From positions 1-52,356 of IMG/VR virus record IMGVR_UViG_3300022218_000002: a stretch of DNA of 52,356 nucleotides; one strand, given 5' to 3'. The number at the start of each line of letters is the position of its first letter. Within the stretch, counting starts at the first letter, position 1. This DNA is from a virus. Lineage: Duplodnaviria > Caudoviricetes. Made by a program: the position numbers and the translations under genes. This document shows, in pieces, positions 1 through 9,734 of the stretch. Below the pieces are notes generated by a model, which saw only the letters and a list, made by a program, of their open reading frames with translations, made no database searches and was not told where the DNA came from.

Positions 1-13
1 GGTTACGGCGAAG
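1..13. repeat. Left terminal direct repeat GGTTACGGCGAAG (putative cos cohesive end)
   Basis: Identical 13-mer at 1-13 and 52344-52356. It lies directly upstream of a lambda-type terS/terL pair. Confidence 0.8.
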
Positions 14-68
14 CGATGCGAAATAGATTATGCTAGATTATCAAGGTATACTGTAAAAGGAACGATAC

Positions 69-740
69 ATGGGTAATAGATCTTCAAGCAAAACAATCGG
101 TAACGGGTTCCAAAAATTCGATATGATTCCGCAAGGTTGGCTGACAGTAAAAGATTATTCTAAACGCGCTGGAATAACTCAGACAACCTTAAGCCATGCG
201 GTCAGGACGGGAAAATTCCCAACAAAGCACTTGGCACAAGTTCGACGTGACGTTGGAGCGCCGAGCGTAATAATAGATTGGAACGCAACAGTCTACGATT
301 ATATCTACAATAAGCCCATGCGGTTTTGGCCGGAGGACTTTGAACAAAACGATTCCAGACAATACAAACCGCTCCCTGTGGGCACAAAAGAAACATCGCG
401 TGAAGAAGGCGGCGATGTTCCAGAATCAAATATACACTATGAACCTGTAACAGACATACACTCTGCTAAACTACGACATGAACAACTGCGCGTTAAAAAA
501 CTTGAAAATGAAATAAAGCAAGCGGACAATATAACGATTCCGTTAAAGGAAGTGATCGCGTCTAACAAAGCTTGTGCGATCGCAACTAGAACAGCGATTC
601 AGGGTTCCAAGAAAAAAATGATTCCGAAGTTATGCACGACAAACGATCCTCGCAAAATCGAAAGGATCTTGGATGAAGGCTTAAGCCACGCATTGAAAAA
701 ATTAGGGCCAATGGAAGGTGAAGATAATGGCTCGGCCTAG
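69..740 (+). CDS. terS: Terminase small subunit (Nu1-like)
   Basis: N-terminal winged-HTH-like segment (LTVKDYSKRAGITQTTLSHAVRTG) and a coiled coil (AKLRHEQLRVKKLENEIK). It sits between the genome end and terL. Confidence 0.8.
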   Translation: MGNRSSSKTIGNGFQKFDMIPQGWLTVKDYSKRAGITQTTLSHAVRTGKFPTKHLAQVRRDVGAPSVIIDWNATVYDYIYNKPMRFWPEDFEQNDSRQYKPLPVGTKETSREEGGDVPESNIHYEPVTDIHSAKLRHEQLRVKKLENEIKQADNITIPLKEVIASNKACAIATRTAIQGSKKKMIPKLCTTNDPRKIERILDEGLSHALKKLGPMEGEDNGSA

Positions 741-2718
741 AAAAGCGCTTGGGACAATCCGCCGTGTTCCGCTAACTGAAAAAAGGCGAATGATAGAACA
801 GGCTTTTTACGATAACGTAAAGTTGCCTGAAAAAATGGACTTGGATGAATGGGCAGATCTTTACCGGATGTTGCCAACCGAGACTTCTTCAGAGGACGGT
901 CAGTGGTGTACAGACCGCTTTCCCTTCCTCCGTAGAATCATGAAAGTGTTGTCCCCGTCTAATCCAGCGCGAGAGATTGTTGTACAGAAAGGTTGCCAGC
1001 TTGGTTTCACCGAACTAGCAATTAATTGGATGTTTTATACGGCTGACCACGATCCAGGTCCTTTTCTTTATTGTCAAAAAACGGAGGATGCTGGTCGTGA
1101 CTTTTCTAACCAGAAGTTAAAGCCAGGTATCAGAGCATGCGATAAAATATTTGACGTGTTAGGAGACGGTAAGCCGAAGTCGTACGCAAATAGTTGGGAC
1201 AATAAAGGTTTTCCTGGTGGGTTCATTTCAATTGGTGGCGCTAATGTTCCAGAGTTTTTGAAGTCCAAGTCTGTTAAGCGAGCAGTTACTGACGAAGAGG
1301 CTTCGTACAAAGAGGGTATCGGTCAAGACGGTTCACCGGTATACATGATTAAAAAACGGATGGTTAACTTTCCTGACAGGAAATTGTACAGGCCGTCTAC
1401 ACCGCAGTTGACAGAAACATGAACGATCGCGCCCGCTTTCCAGTTGGGAAGCCAAGAATATTACTATGTGCCTTGCCCGCATTGTAATCCAGAAGCCGAC
1501 GACAAAGAGTTTATGTTTGTTATTCGCTGGGAACATATCAAATACTCAGAAACGTTAGACCCGCGTACAGGGCTGCCAGCCGAAGTCTATTGCGAATGCC
1601 CGAATTGCGCCGGTAAAATTGAAGAAGCTTTGCATAAAAGTTGGATGCTTGAAAACGGCGCTTGGTTCAGTGAGAAGGGTTCGCCTGGTTTACGTTACCG
1701 TGTAGACTGGGAACACGATAATCCGAGCTTTTTTATTGCTTCGTTTTATTCTCCGTACGGTTTTTTTAGCTGGGCAGATGCCGTAAAAGAATGGTTCGAC
1801 TACCTTAAAACAAAGGACCTTAACAAGCTGCAAGTGATTGTAAACCAAACGTGGGCTGAGACATTCACGATGACCGGCCACGAGGTATCCTACAGTTACT
1901 TGCACAAGCGACGCGAATACTACGGTAGTGCTAAAGAACCGATTGACGTACCGTTCGGCGCCCTTGTTTTGACAGCCGGTGTAGATGTACAGAGCGACCG
2001 CTTAGAAGCTTTGGTACTAGGTTTTGGCCTTTATGATGAAATATGGGCGATAGATTACAGCGTATTTGCCGGTGACCCAAAACAAAAAGGGAACCGCTTC
2101 GGCTACCTTAAGTCAGGGCAACCGTCCGTATGGTTGTTACTTGACCAGTACCTCTCAAAGCAGTGGCAGCACGAAAGCGGCCAGATGATGCCTATTGAGT
2201 GCACCATGGTGGATGCGCAATACTCTACAGAAGAGGTTAACATTTTCTGTAAACTTCGCGAATCTCGTAGGATATTTCCGATACACGGGATGCCCGGCTG
2301 GACGCGCCCGTACATTGCTCTTGCTAGCAAACGAAGGCACGAACGCTACGGTACAATCAATTACAACGCTGGTGTAGATTCCCTTAAAACTAAATTATAT
2401 TCGCAACTTAAAATAAAAGAAGAGGGACCAGGCTTTATTCACTTCCCTAAAAAGGATTGTTTTAGTGAGGCATTTATGAAGGGACTAACGTGTGAGCGCC
2501 TTGTTCCGAAGATAGTAAAGGGGCAAAAAGTGCTTTATTGGGACAATCCGCCCGGAGCACGTAACGAACCAACCGATCTTTTTAACTACGGTAGGTGCGG
2601 TTTCGAAGGCTACCCTGTGGACTTGCAACAGCGTGCTCAGAACCCTACGCCTCTTATGTTTGCGCGTACAGAGCGCAAGCCTAGACGCCGTAAACGCGGT
2701 TCTAAGGGCATAACATAA
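727..2718 (+). CDS. terL: Terminase large subunit, lambda gpA family, interrupted by one in-frame TGA at 1420-1422 (possible selenocysteine, readthrough or nonsense mutation)
   Basis: ORFs 718..1422 and 1444..2718 share a frame. Walker A-like KGCQLGFTE, Walker B VTDEE and the STP coupling motif precede the stop. The VPCPHC Zn motif and nuclease motifs GVDVQ and NEPTD follow it. The joined product is 663 aa from ATG 727. Confidence 0.92.
1435..1452 (+). promoter_or_regulatory. SECIS-like hairpin GCTTTCC-AGTT-GGGAAGC downstream of the in-frame UGA
   Basis: 7-bp stem (one G-U pair) with a 4-nt loop AGUU that has G-U at positions 2-3. The stem begins after a 12-nt spacer and the loop after 19 nt from the UGA. 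Confidence 0.5.
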
Positions 2719-2790
2719 AAATAGCAATTTGCAATTGACGGAATTTTGTGTTTACAGTTGTATTGTAGCTACACGCGAAAGGAATTCCGG

Positions 2791-3033
2791 ATGACCACTT
2801 GCGATAATGCTGATGAGCTTGCCGACTTACAAGAAAGGCTCGCACTCTATAAAGCAGCTGAAAAGGCGATTTTAGGCGGATCGCAATCTTATTCTATTGG
2901 TAATCGTACTGTTACTATGGGCGACCTCGATGCTATTCTAAAACAGATAGAACGTATTCGTGGACAAATAAGACAGCTTTGCAGGGGTAACCGTATTAGT
3001 GTGCAACGTGTAGTTCCAAGGGATACCGTTTAA
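2791..3033 (+). CDS. Head-tail joining protein (gpW-like)
   Basis: Small protein with QSYSIGNRTVTMGDL between terL and portal. The ATG at 2791 follows AAAGGAA. Confidence 0.75.
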   Translation: MTTCDNADELADLQERLALYKAAEKAILGGSQSYSIGNRTVTMGDLDAILKQIERIRGQIRQLCRGNRISVQRVVPRDTV

Positions 3034-4667
3034 TGGCGGGTTTTTCCCCAGAGCGCGCAAGAGCCGAAGCGTTGTGGGGTCATACACCACGCGACGGCTA
3101 TGCTATACCTGGTAGCCGTAAAACGGCCATGAAGGGCGTTACAGCCCGTGCTAATTCTCCAGACACAGATATAATTAATAAGTTGCCTGGAATGCGTGCT
3201 CTGTCGCGCGACGCCGCTATGACCTCACCGCTCGGCGTTTCCATTCTTCGTCGTCATAAGATGGAGGTGATAAACGATGGGCTCCAATTACAGTCGCGAG
3301 TAAACCAGAAAAAATTAGGCTTAACAAAAGATCAGGCTAAAGAATGGCAGTCTAATGTAGAGTCGGAATACGACATGCTCTGCGATTCGTTTGAGTCAGA
3401 TTATTTAGGCAATCATAATCATTGGGAACAACAAATTTTAGCCTTCTTCACAATGTTGCTTAACGGCGACGTTTTCTTTATGCTGCCATGGGTTAAAAAA
3501 CGGAGCGGTTTTCCCTACGAGCTTAGTTGTCATTTAATAGACAGCGATCTCGTTAGAAATCCAACGGATAAATCCTATACCGGAAAAGACATAAAAGGCG
3601 GCGTAGAAAAAGATGCGGAAGGACGCGTAGTCGCCTACCACGTTTGGGATGTTTACTCAGACGAGGTTTTTACGGCTAACGGAAAACTTGGTAAATCCAC
3701 ACGTGTTCCGATTTATGATTCTTCAGGAAAGCGGCAAATTTGGCACCTGTACGATCCTGAACGCATCAACCAACGTCGCGGTGTTCCGTTGTTAGCGCCA
3801 GTCGCTGAACAATTGCGCCAGATAACTAGGCTCGGCGACGCTAAAATAATGGACGCATTAGTGTCCGCCTACTTTACTGTTTTCGTCAAAGACGCTAGTG
3901 GGATGAATGGCTTGTTGAACGGAGGTCTACCGCCTATAGCTACAGTAAACAGCGGTGGGATAATGGATCCAAATTCTCCGCCAGTCGAGGAGCATACCGA
4001 GGACAACGGTAACGATCTAGAAATGGGTTATGGTAATGTAACCTATTTAGACGACCAAAAAGATATCGAAATAGCAGACCCAAAGAAAACAGACAGTAGT
4101 TTCGAAGAGTTCTGGAAAGCGCTTGCCACTACTATTTGTTCAGCAGCGAATATGCCGCTTGAAAAAACTATGATGCTTTATAGCACATCTTTTACGGCGG
4201 CTAAAGCGGCGGCTAATGACGCTTGGAGAGCTACTAAATTTTATCGTAAGTTAATCGAACGTAGATTTTGCGGTATCTTCTATAGAGAGTTTCTGACAGA
4301 AGGTATCCTGCGGAACCGTATAAAAGCTCCCGGCTATTTCGATGACGTTGCGACGGCTTATGCGTGGAGCGGGTTTAGCCTGGTAGGTATGGGCCAGGGC
4401 TATCTTAACCCGCTTCAAGAAGCCAAAGCTTCTACGATTAAACAAAATTCTTTCCAAACTACTTTCGAAGAAGAGTATGCGCAGCATACAGGTGGACGTT
4501 GGGATAGGGCAATGGAAAAACGTGCGGCAGAAGAAGAACTTCTAAAAGATTTAGGTTTGGAACATCAACCCGCGCCAGAAGAAATAGTTGGACCGGACGG
4601 TCAACAAAACGCAGACCAACAAGAAGAAAACACAGGGGAAGAAAATGCACGCGAAAATAATAGCTGA
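3033..4667 (+). CDS. Portal protein, lambda family
   Basis: 544 aa with GGVEKDAEGRVVAYHV, ERINQRRGVPLLAPV and YLNPLQEAKA motifs; gene order fits. Confidence 0.92.
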   Translation: MAGFSPERARAEALWGHTPRDGYAIPGSRKTAMKGVTARANSPDTDIINKLPGMRALSRDAAMTSPLGVSILRRHKMEVINDGLQLQSRVNQKKLGLTKDQAKEWQSNVESEYDMLCDSFESDYLGNHNHWEQQILAFFTMLLNGDVFFMLPWVKKRSGFPYELSCHLIDSDLVRNPTDKSYTGKDIKGGVEKDAEGRVVAYHVWDVYSDEVFTANGKLGKSTRVPIYDSSGKRQIWHLYDPERINQRRGVPLLAPVAEQLRQITRLGDAKIMDALVSAYFTVFVKDASGMNGLLNGGLPPIATVNSGGIMDPNSPPVEEHTEDNGNDLEMGYGNVTYLDDQKDIEIADPKKTDSSFEEFWKALATTICSAANMPLEKTMMLYSTSFTAAKAAANDAWRATKFYRKLIERRFCGIFYREFLTEGILRNRIKAPGYFDDVATAYAWSGFSLVGMGQGYLNPLQEAKASTIKQNSFQTTFEEEYAQHTGGRWDRAMEKRAAEEELLKDLGLEHQPAPEEIVGPDGQQNADQQEENTGEENARENNS

Positions 4668-5973
4668 TATGATGCATCGCCAGTGGATGATGTTACCTAG
4701 CGCTCTTCGCGGGATACAAAACGTTGTTCTCGGAGATACTCTTACGGCTGACGATTACCAACTTTTTCACAAGGCGGAAAAGGCTGCGAAGATAAAAGCG
4801 CTCGACGCGCTTGGTACCCCTGTGGAAAACAGCTACTATTCGTATGTAAAAAACAACGTAGGTATTCTTTTTGTAGATGGTCCTATTATTCCTAGAGCGA
4901 CCTGGTTTAGTAACATATCCGGTATCGTTTCGTTGGATACACTTACTAACGAATACCATGCATTAGAAAATACGCCTGGTGTTAACCACATAATTGGCGT
5001 CTTCGATACGCCAGGTGGTGACGTAACCGGTTTAGCGGATTTTACGAGTGTTGTAAAAGAAAGTAAAGTAGCTTCGACAGCTTACGTTTTCGGTATGGCA
5101 GCTAGTGCCGGTTACTATATTGCAAGCGGGTTCGATAAAAGAGTTTCTTCGGAAGGCGGTATGGTTGGTTCTATAGGTACTGTGTTGATGCTTAGAGACA
5201 CTATAGCTGCCGACGAGAAGAAAGGCATCAAATCTTACGAAATAGTTTCTAGCCAGTCTGAGAATAAAAGACCAGATCCGACCACCGAAGAAGGTATGGC
5301 CGTTTTACAGACAATGGTTAACGACCATGCCGACGTATTCATCAACACCTTGTCTAGAAATTTAAACGTTACAAGAGAGAAGATACTTTCGGATTTTGGC
5401 CGTGGAGCGATGTTAGTTGCTGGCAAGGCACTCGAAGCCGGTATGATTGACGGAATAGATACGTTAGAAAATTTAATATCCAAAGTCGAGGTAACACCTA
5501 ACAGTGTTTTCTCGACTCAAATAGCATTGCAGGATTCAGCTTGCGATGTAACAGTGGAGGAAAACAACATGGATGGAAAAGACAAAAACGTCTTGACAGC
5601 GGATGAGCACAAAAAACAGCTTGCCTCCGCTGTTGCACAAGAACGCGAACGCGTTGCCGGTATTGACGCTTTAGGAGCAAAGTTCAAAGGCGACCACCCG
5701 AAGGTGGTTAGCGCCGTTGAAGCTTGTCTTGCTAAAGCACGCCTAGACCCGGAATCCAACGCAGGAACAACCGCCCTTGAATTATTGGATGCCGTAAACG
5801 AGGCGCGTACGGTAGCTACTAACGATCACGGTAATGGTCGTAGGGAAAGTGCGGATACCGCACACAACTTTACAAGCGCTTCTGCCGCAAGCGAGCAAGA
5901 ACGAAAAGAAAACTTCAGCCAAGAACGTGTCAACGGGTTGGTTGCTGCTTTTGACGAAATGGGAGGCAAATAA
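4645..5973 (+). CDS. Prohead protease, S49 family (lambda gpC-like), with C-terminal scaffold region
   Basis: DTPGGDVTG, AASAGYYIAS and GSIG motifs of S49 peptidases; follows the portal. Confidence 0.9.
   Translation: MHAKIIADMMHRQWMMLPSALRGIQNVVLGDTLTADDYQLFHKAEKAAKIKALDALGTPVENSYYSYVKNNVGILFVDGPIIPRATWFSNISGIVSLDTLTNEYHALENTPGVNHIIGVFDTPGGDVTGLADFTSVVKESKVASTAYVFGMAASAGYYIASGFDKRVSSEGGMVGSIGTVLMLRDTIAADEKKGIKSYEIVSSQSENKRPDPTTEEGMAVLQTMVNDHADVFINTLSRNLNVTREKILSDFGRGAMLVAGKALEAGMIDGIDTLENLISKVEVTPNSVFSTQIALQDSACDVTVEENNMDGKDKNVLTADEHKKQLASAVAQERERVAGIDALGAKFKGDHPKVVSAVEACLAKARLDPESNAGTTALELLDAVNEARTVATNDHGNGRRESADTAHNFTSASAASEQERKENFSQERVNGLVAAFDEMGGK
5569..5973 (+). CDS. Nested in-frame scaffolding protein (Nu3-like)
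   Basis: GGAGG 8 nt upstream of the in-frame ATG at 5569 inside the protease gene; AVAQERERVAGI helix. Confidence 0.6.
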   Translation: MDGKDKNVLTADEHKKQLASAVAQERERVAGIDALGAKFKGDHPKVVSAVEACLAKARLDPESNAGTTALELLDAVNEARTVATNDHGNGRRESADTAHNFTSASAASEQERKENFSQERVNGLVAAFDEMGGK

Positions 5974-6659
5974 TGTCTGAAGATACAATCACCGATTCTG
6001 TAACAATGGACAACCTCTACGTTGGTAGGTATCCCGAATGGAAAGGTTCGCGAACGATCGCAGAAAGTCAAACGCTTCTTCGTGGTACTGTTCTCGGTCT
6101 TATTTTGTACGGAGCTGTCACGTCGGTTGCTGACGCCGGTAATACCGGAGACGGTACGGTAACAGCTTTAGACACGCTTTCCGGTGCCGGTGCCGTTGTT
6201 GGTGCGTACAACCTGGAATGCACCGTCGCTATTGCAGATGGTGGCAGTTTCAAGCTAGTGGATCCTAATGGTATCCAGGTAGCCGGTAATTTAACATTAA
6301 CTGTTGGTGCTGGCGCAGCGACTGTTTTTGAAGTTGCTGGTTTGACTTTTACGATCACGGACGGGGCTACCAACTTCGTTGTCGGGGACAAATTTGCTGT
6401 TACAGTCGCTGAGGGTTCCGGTGAAGCTGTTACGCTAGATATTGCAGCAACCGACGGTAGTGACATTTTCGACAGTATTCTGTTGGACAACCGCACAACC
6501 GGCGTATCTGAAACACTTCCCGCACCGGTAGCCGAATCCGGCGGTTTTCGTGAGGAGTCTTTAATTTTTGGCGGATCGACTACTATCGACGACGTACGTA
6601 AACAGATGCGCGATAAAAATTGCTACACCAAGAGTGCAGCGACCTTGATTGGAGTTTAA
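5973..6659 (+). CDS. Head decoration protein (gpD-like) with an inserted beta-rich domain
   Basis: QTLLRGTVLG N-terminus and DGS...ILL...GGFREESL C-terminus; lies between protease and major capsid genes. Confidence 0.75.
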   Translation: MSEDTITDSVTMDNLYVGRYPEWKGSRTIAESQTLLRGTVLGLILYGAVTSVADAGNTGDGTVTALDTLSGAGAVVGAYNLECTVAIADGGSFKLVDPNGIQVAGNLTLTVGAGAATVFEVAGLTFTITDGATNFVVGDKFAVTVAEGSGEAVTLDIAATDGSDIFDSILLDNRTTGVSETLPAPVAESGGFREESLIFGGSTTIDDVRKQMRDKNCYTKSAATLIGV

Positions 6660-6662
6660 GCG

Positions 6663-7697
6663 ATGCCAGACTACACAATTAATTACACCCCGAAGGAGAT
6701 GCTGGAAGCGATGCAGCTTCGTCCGCGTCCAACTACTTGGTTGTCCGATACGCTTGTTAAGCGTGAGGAAACAAGTGACAAAACAGCGTTTCAGATTGAT
6801 CAAGATTTTGGTACGCAGACTAAAGCCGGTTATACAAGTCGTAAAGGCGATCCGACAGAGATTGGAAAAAAAGGCTATAACTCTGCTATTCATATTGCCC
6901 CTTACATTGACGAACGTATAACGCTAACACCGGACGATGTCGACGTTCGTGATATGGGAACAGACGAGTACAGTACAAACGCGAATTCCATCATGGACAG
7001 ACGTGTTGCTCGTTGGTTGGCAGACTTACAAGATCGGTACATTCGTGCGGAAGAAGACCAGATTGCTGAGATTCTACAAACCGGTAAACTCCATGTTCAA
7101 GGCGTTGATGTTGACTATGAAATCGACTACGGTATCCCTAACGACCACATTGTCGATGTTTCCGGTTCTACGCCGTGGAACAATTCCGACTACAGCAAGA
7201 TCGGTATGATCGAGAGTTGGGCGCAGAAAGTAGCCGACGACGGTGGTATGACTATCACGGACATTATTTACGGTTTTAGTGCCGGTAGCGAATGGTTGAA
7301 AGACGAGGAGGTTCTATCCTTGCTCAACAACCGTCGAGTCGAAAGAGGGCGGCAAGAGATCCTTAACAATTCACGCCAACGTGTTTCAAACATGGGACCG
7401 TTTGCGATTCAAGGCGTCGACTTTGAATCCTGGTCGTATCAGGGTGGTTACCACGGTGGCGGACAATTCAACCGTTTCATCGATCCGAAGAAGGTTATCT
7501 TGATTGCGCGTGACATCGAGATCGAACGTAAATACGGTAAAATCGAAAACTTCAATGCGAACTTCATTGGTAAACGTTTCGTTAATTTTTACGGCGACGG
7601 TGAGCGCGGTAAAAAACGTTACATCGAAATGGAATCTTCACCACTAACCATTCTACGCGACCCGATCTCTATCTTTGTTGCAACGGTTCTACCGTAA
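6663..7697 (+). CDS. Major capsid protein (lambda gpE family)
   Basis: 344 aa with RAEEDQIAEILQTGKL, EIDYG and a C-terminal MESSPL motif; gene order fits. Confidence 0.9.
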   Translation: MPDYTINYTPKEMLEAMQLRPRPTTWLSDTLVKREETSDKTAFQIDQDFGTQTKAGYTSRKGDPTEIGKKGYNSAIHIAPYIDERITLTPDDVDVRDMGTDEYSTNANSIMDRRVARWLADLQDRYIRAEEDQIAEILQTGKLHVQGVDVDYEIDYGIPNDHIVDVSGSTPWNNSDYSKIGMIESWAQKVADDGGMTITDIIYGFSAGSEWLKDEEVLSLLNNRRVERGRQEILNNSRQRVSNMGPFAIQGVDFESWSYQGGYHGGGQFNRFIDPKKVILIARDIEIERKYGKIENFNANFIGKRFVNFYGDGERGKKRYIEMESSPLTILRDPISIFVATVLP

Positions 7698-7708
7698 AGG
7701 AGTAAGCG

Positions 7709-8071
7709 ATGAAACGCGTTAAGATAATCAAAAGAACTGTGCACTACAACGGTGAATACTACACCGAAGGCGGAGACGCCGTTATCAACATGGACGACGA
7801 TGCTGCTGACGTTTACGAAGCGCACGGTGTTATCGAAGTATTACCGGAAAAAGTTACGGAGCCGGTTACCGCTTCTCTTCCGGTACCACCCCCGCAGGTC
7901 GATGCAAGCTTGCTCGATTATGGCTTTTCTGAAAAAGAAGTCGAGTTGCTTGAAAAGAACGGCGTTGAAACCATCGAGGCTTTGAGCCAACTTGATTTCG
8001 ACGCCCTTGTGGACATGGAAGGTATAGGGAAAGCAACAGCTCAAAGTATCTTAGATACGTTGGGTGAGTAG
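7709..8071 (+). CDS. Small protein with C-terminal helix-hairpin-helix domain (gpFI position)
   Basis: LEKNGVETIEAL...LVDMEGIGKATAQSI matches the HhH pattern. Confidence 0.55.
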   Translation: MKRVKIIKRTVHYNGEYYTEGGDAVINMDDDAADVYEAHGVIEVLPEKVTEPVTASLPVPPPQVDASLLDYGFSEKEVELLEKNGVETIEALSQLDFDALVDMEGIGKATAQSILDTLGE

Positions 8072-8076
8072 TAGTT

Positions 8077-8481
8077 ATGTCCTCCGGTATGTACGAAAAA
8101 GGTGTGAATGCGATTATGGGTGCGTCTATCGATCTAGTTAACGATCGAATTGCTGCTTGGCTGATCGACACAAGTTTTTATACTCCGGACTTGAACAATC
8201 ATTCAAGCCTATCGGATGTACCGGAGGACTCTTTATTAAGCGAGATTGTATTAACTGGTAAAACTCTAGACGGAACAACTTTCCGTGCGAACGATATTGT
8301 TTTTCCTTCCGTCGCAGGTGGCAAAGCGGATGCCGTTATTTTGTTTGTAGATACAGACGAATACGAATCTAGCCTACTTATCTGTTACTTGGATAACGCT
8401 CCTGAATTCCCGATAACACCTGACGGGACGGATATAACAATACACTTCGACACGGGATCTAACGGGATCTTTAAACTGTAA
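8077..8481 (+). CDS. Putative virion structural protein
   Basis: Acidic 134-aa ORF tightly packed in the head-tail region. Confidence 0.5.
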   Translation: MSSGMYEKGVNAIMGASIDLVNDRIAAWLIDTSFYTPDLNNHSSLSDVPEDSLLSEIVLTGKTLDGTTFRANDIVFPSVAGGKADAVILFVDTDEYESSLLICYLDNAPEFPITPDGTDITIHFDTGSNGIFKL

Positions 8482-8888
8482 TGGCTTTCATTGCGAACAT
8501 GATTGGATTGTCGAGAATGCGAGGTATTGGTACGCCTGCGGCTTATCACGTCGAGCTAACACCTTTTTTTCAGAAGGTTTATAGGGACGACCTAGCTAAT
8601 GTATTCTTCAACTCAGCACAGTTTGCAGAGAAGGCTGTTTATACGCATAGTACACTCGGTATTGCTGTTACCTACGATGTTATCTACGACGATCCAACAA
8701 CGTCTATTAATTTGGGTGTGGACGCTGGCTTTAACAGTTTACGACCGCAATTTCAGATTCCTGAGTATGTTCTAAAACACCCAGTACAGAAGGACGACTT
8801 TGTATTTGTACGCGGTAAGAAGTTTTTTATAGATGAATTTGTTTCTGACGGTGTCGGTGTCACTACCTGCTTTTTGAGGTTCAAGTAA
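8481..8888 (+). CDS. Head-tail joining/closure protein (gpFII-like)
   Basis: C-terminal DGVGVTTCFL and gene position. Confidence 0.6.
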   Translation: MAFIANMIGLSRMRGIGTPAAYHVELTPFFQKVYRDDLANVFFNSAQFAEKAVYTHSTLGIAVTYDVIYDDPTTSINLGVDAGFNSLRPQFQIPEYVLKHPVQKDDFVFVRGKKFFIDEFVSDGVGVTTCFLRFK

Positions 8889-9505
8889 TGCACGAAAGAA
8901 CCAGTATAAGATACTATTTAACAGACCTTCTAAAAAAAGCTGTCGACGTTAAAGACCGTGTGTTCGTTAACAGGGTTTCAGAAATTTATGACGAAGAGAT
9001 GCCCCTTGTACTAGTTAATTTTATGGAAGAACCTTGCACCGTATTTCATGGCGACAACAGGCAACCAGATAAATACGAACGTAAGCTTAAAGTTCAGATC
9101 AGCGTTATAACAGAACAGGAATTAAGGCCCGACCTACCTATTAACGAGAATCCACACGGTGAAGACGCTGTAGACAGACTTGGTTCGCAAATAGAAGACG
9201 CTCTTTTCGAAGATTCTTTTTTTGCGAAGCGTTTAGAAGGCTATACAGGACCGTCGAGTGAAGGTCTGCTTATAAGCCTTCAATTAGACGCTGTTAAACC
9301 TTATGCCAAAGATGTTGAAAGCTCTCGTGAACTTATCGGTCAGAAGCTTGAATTCACGCTTTGCTACGTTCGGAGTGTACGAAAACGAAAACGTCTAAAA
9401 GAGTTTTTACAGTATGGTGCTGCGATAACAAGAACTAACGTAACTGGCGAGACTGTCGATCCTGTGTTGACGGCTGCCGAAGGAGATGTCCGTAATGAGG
9501 ACTGA
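8888..9505 (+). CDS. Tail completion/terminator protein
   Basis: RVFVNR...EMPLVLV pattern; upstream of the sheath gene. Confidence 0.55.
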   Translation: MHERTSIRYYLTDLLKKAVDVKDRVFVNRVSEIYDEEMPLVLVNFMEEPCTVFHGDNRQPDKYERKLKVQISVITEQELRPDLPINENPHGEDAVDRLGSQIEDALFEDSFFAKRLEGYTGPSSEGLLISLQLDAVKPYAKDVESSRELIGQKLEFTLCYVRSVRKRKRLKEFLQYGAAITRTNVTGETVDPVLTAAEGDVRNED

Positions 9506-9734
9506 AATAGTAAGACCGCGAAAACTCGACGGTAAGCCGTTAACAGTTCGCGATAGAAAAGGTAGAAAAATCCCTTACAAAAAAGAAGGGGTTGAAGTCG
9601 TTTTCGATACGTTCATAAGTCGCATCTGCAAAGAAGGCGATCTGGACATTAAGAAAAAAGGCAAGTTTGTTAATTTGGTTTTCAATGAAAAGAAGGAAGC
9701 CATTAAACCTGCTGATAGTAAAGGAGGACAATAA
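9495..9734 (+). CDS. Small pre-sheath protein (Mu gp38/DUF2635-like)
   Basis: VRD...GVEV...F..R..KEGDL pattern directly before the sheath; AGGAG at 9481-9485. Confidence 0.6.
   Translation: MRTEIVRPRKLDGKPLTVRDRKGRKIPYKKEGVEVVFDTFISRICKEGDLDIKKKGKFVNLVFNEKKEAIKPADSKGGQ

Noticed and set aside
1400-1450. Intron or intein in terL
   Set aside because: There is no extra sequence: spacing from STP to VPCPHC and the total length fit an uninterrupted gpA-like protein.
1444-2718. Independently translated C-terminal terminase gene (natural split)
   Set aside because: There is no SD before TTG 1444, and the break falls just after the STP motif within the ATPase region. The seven codons between the stop and the TTG continue the gpA-like pattern. 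Disfavoured but not excluded.
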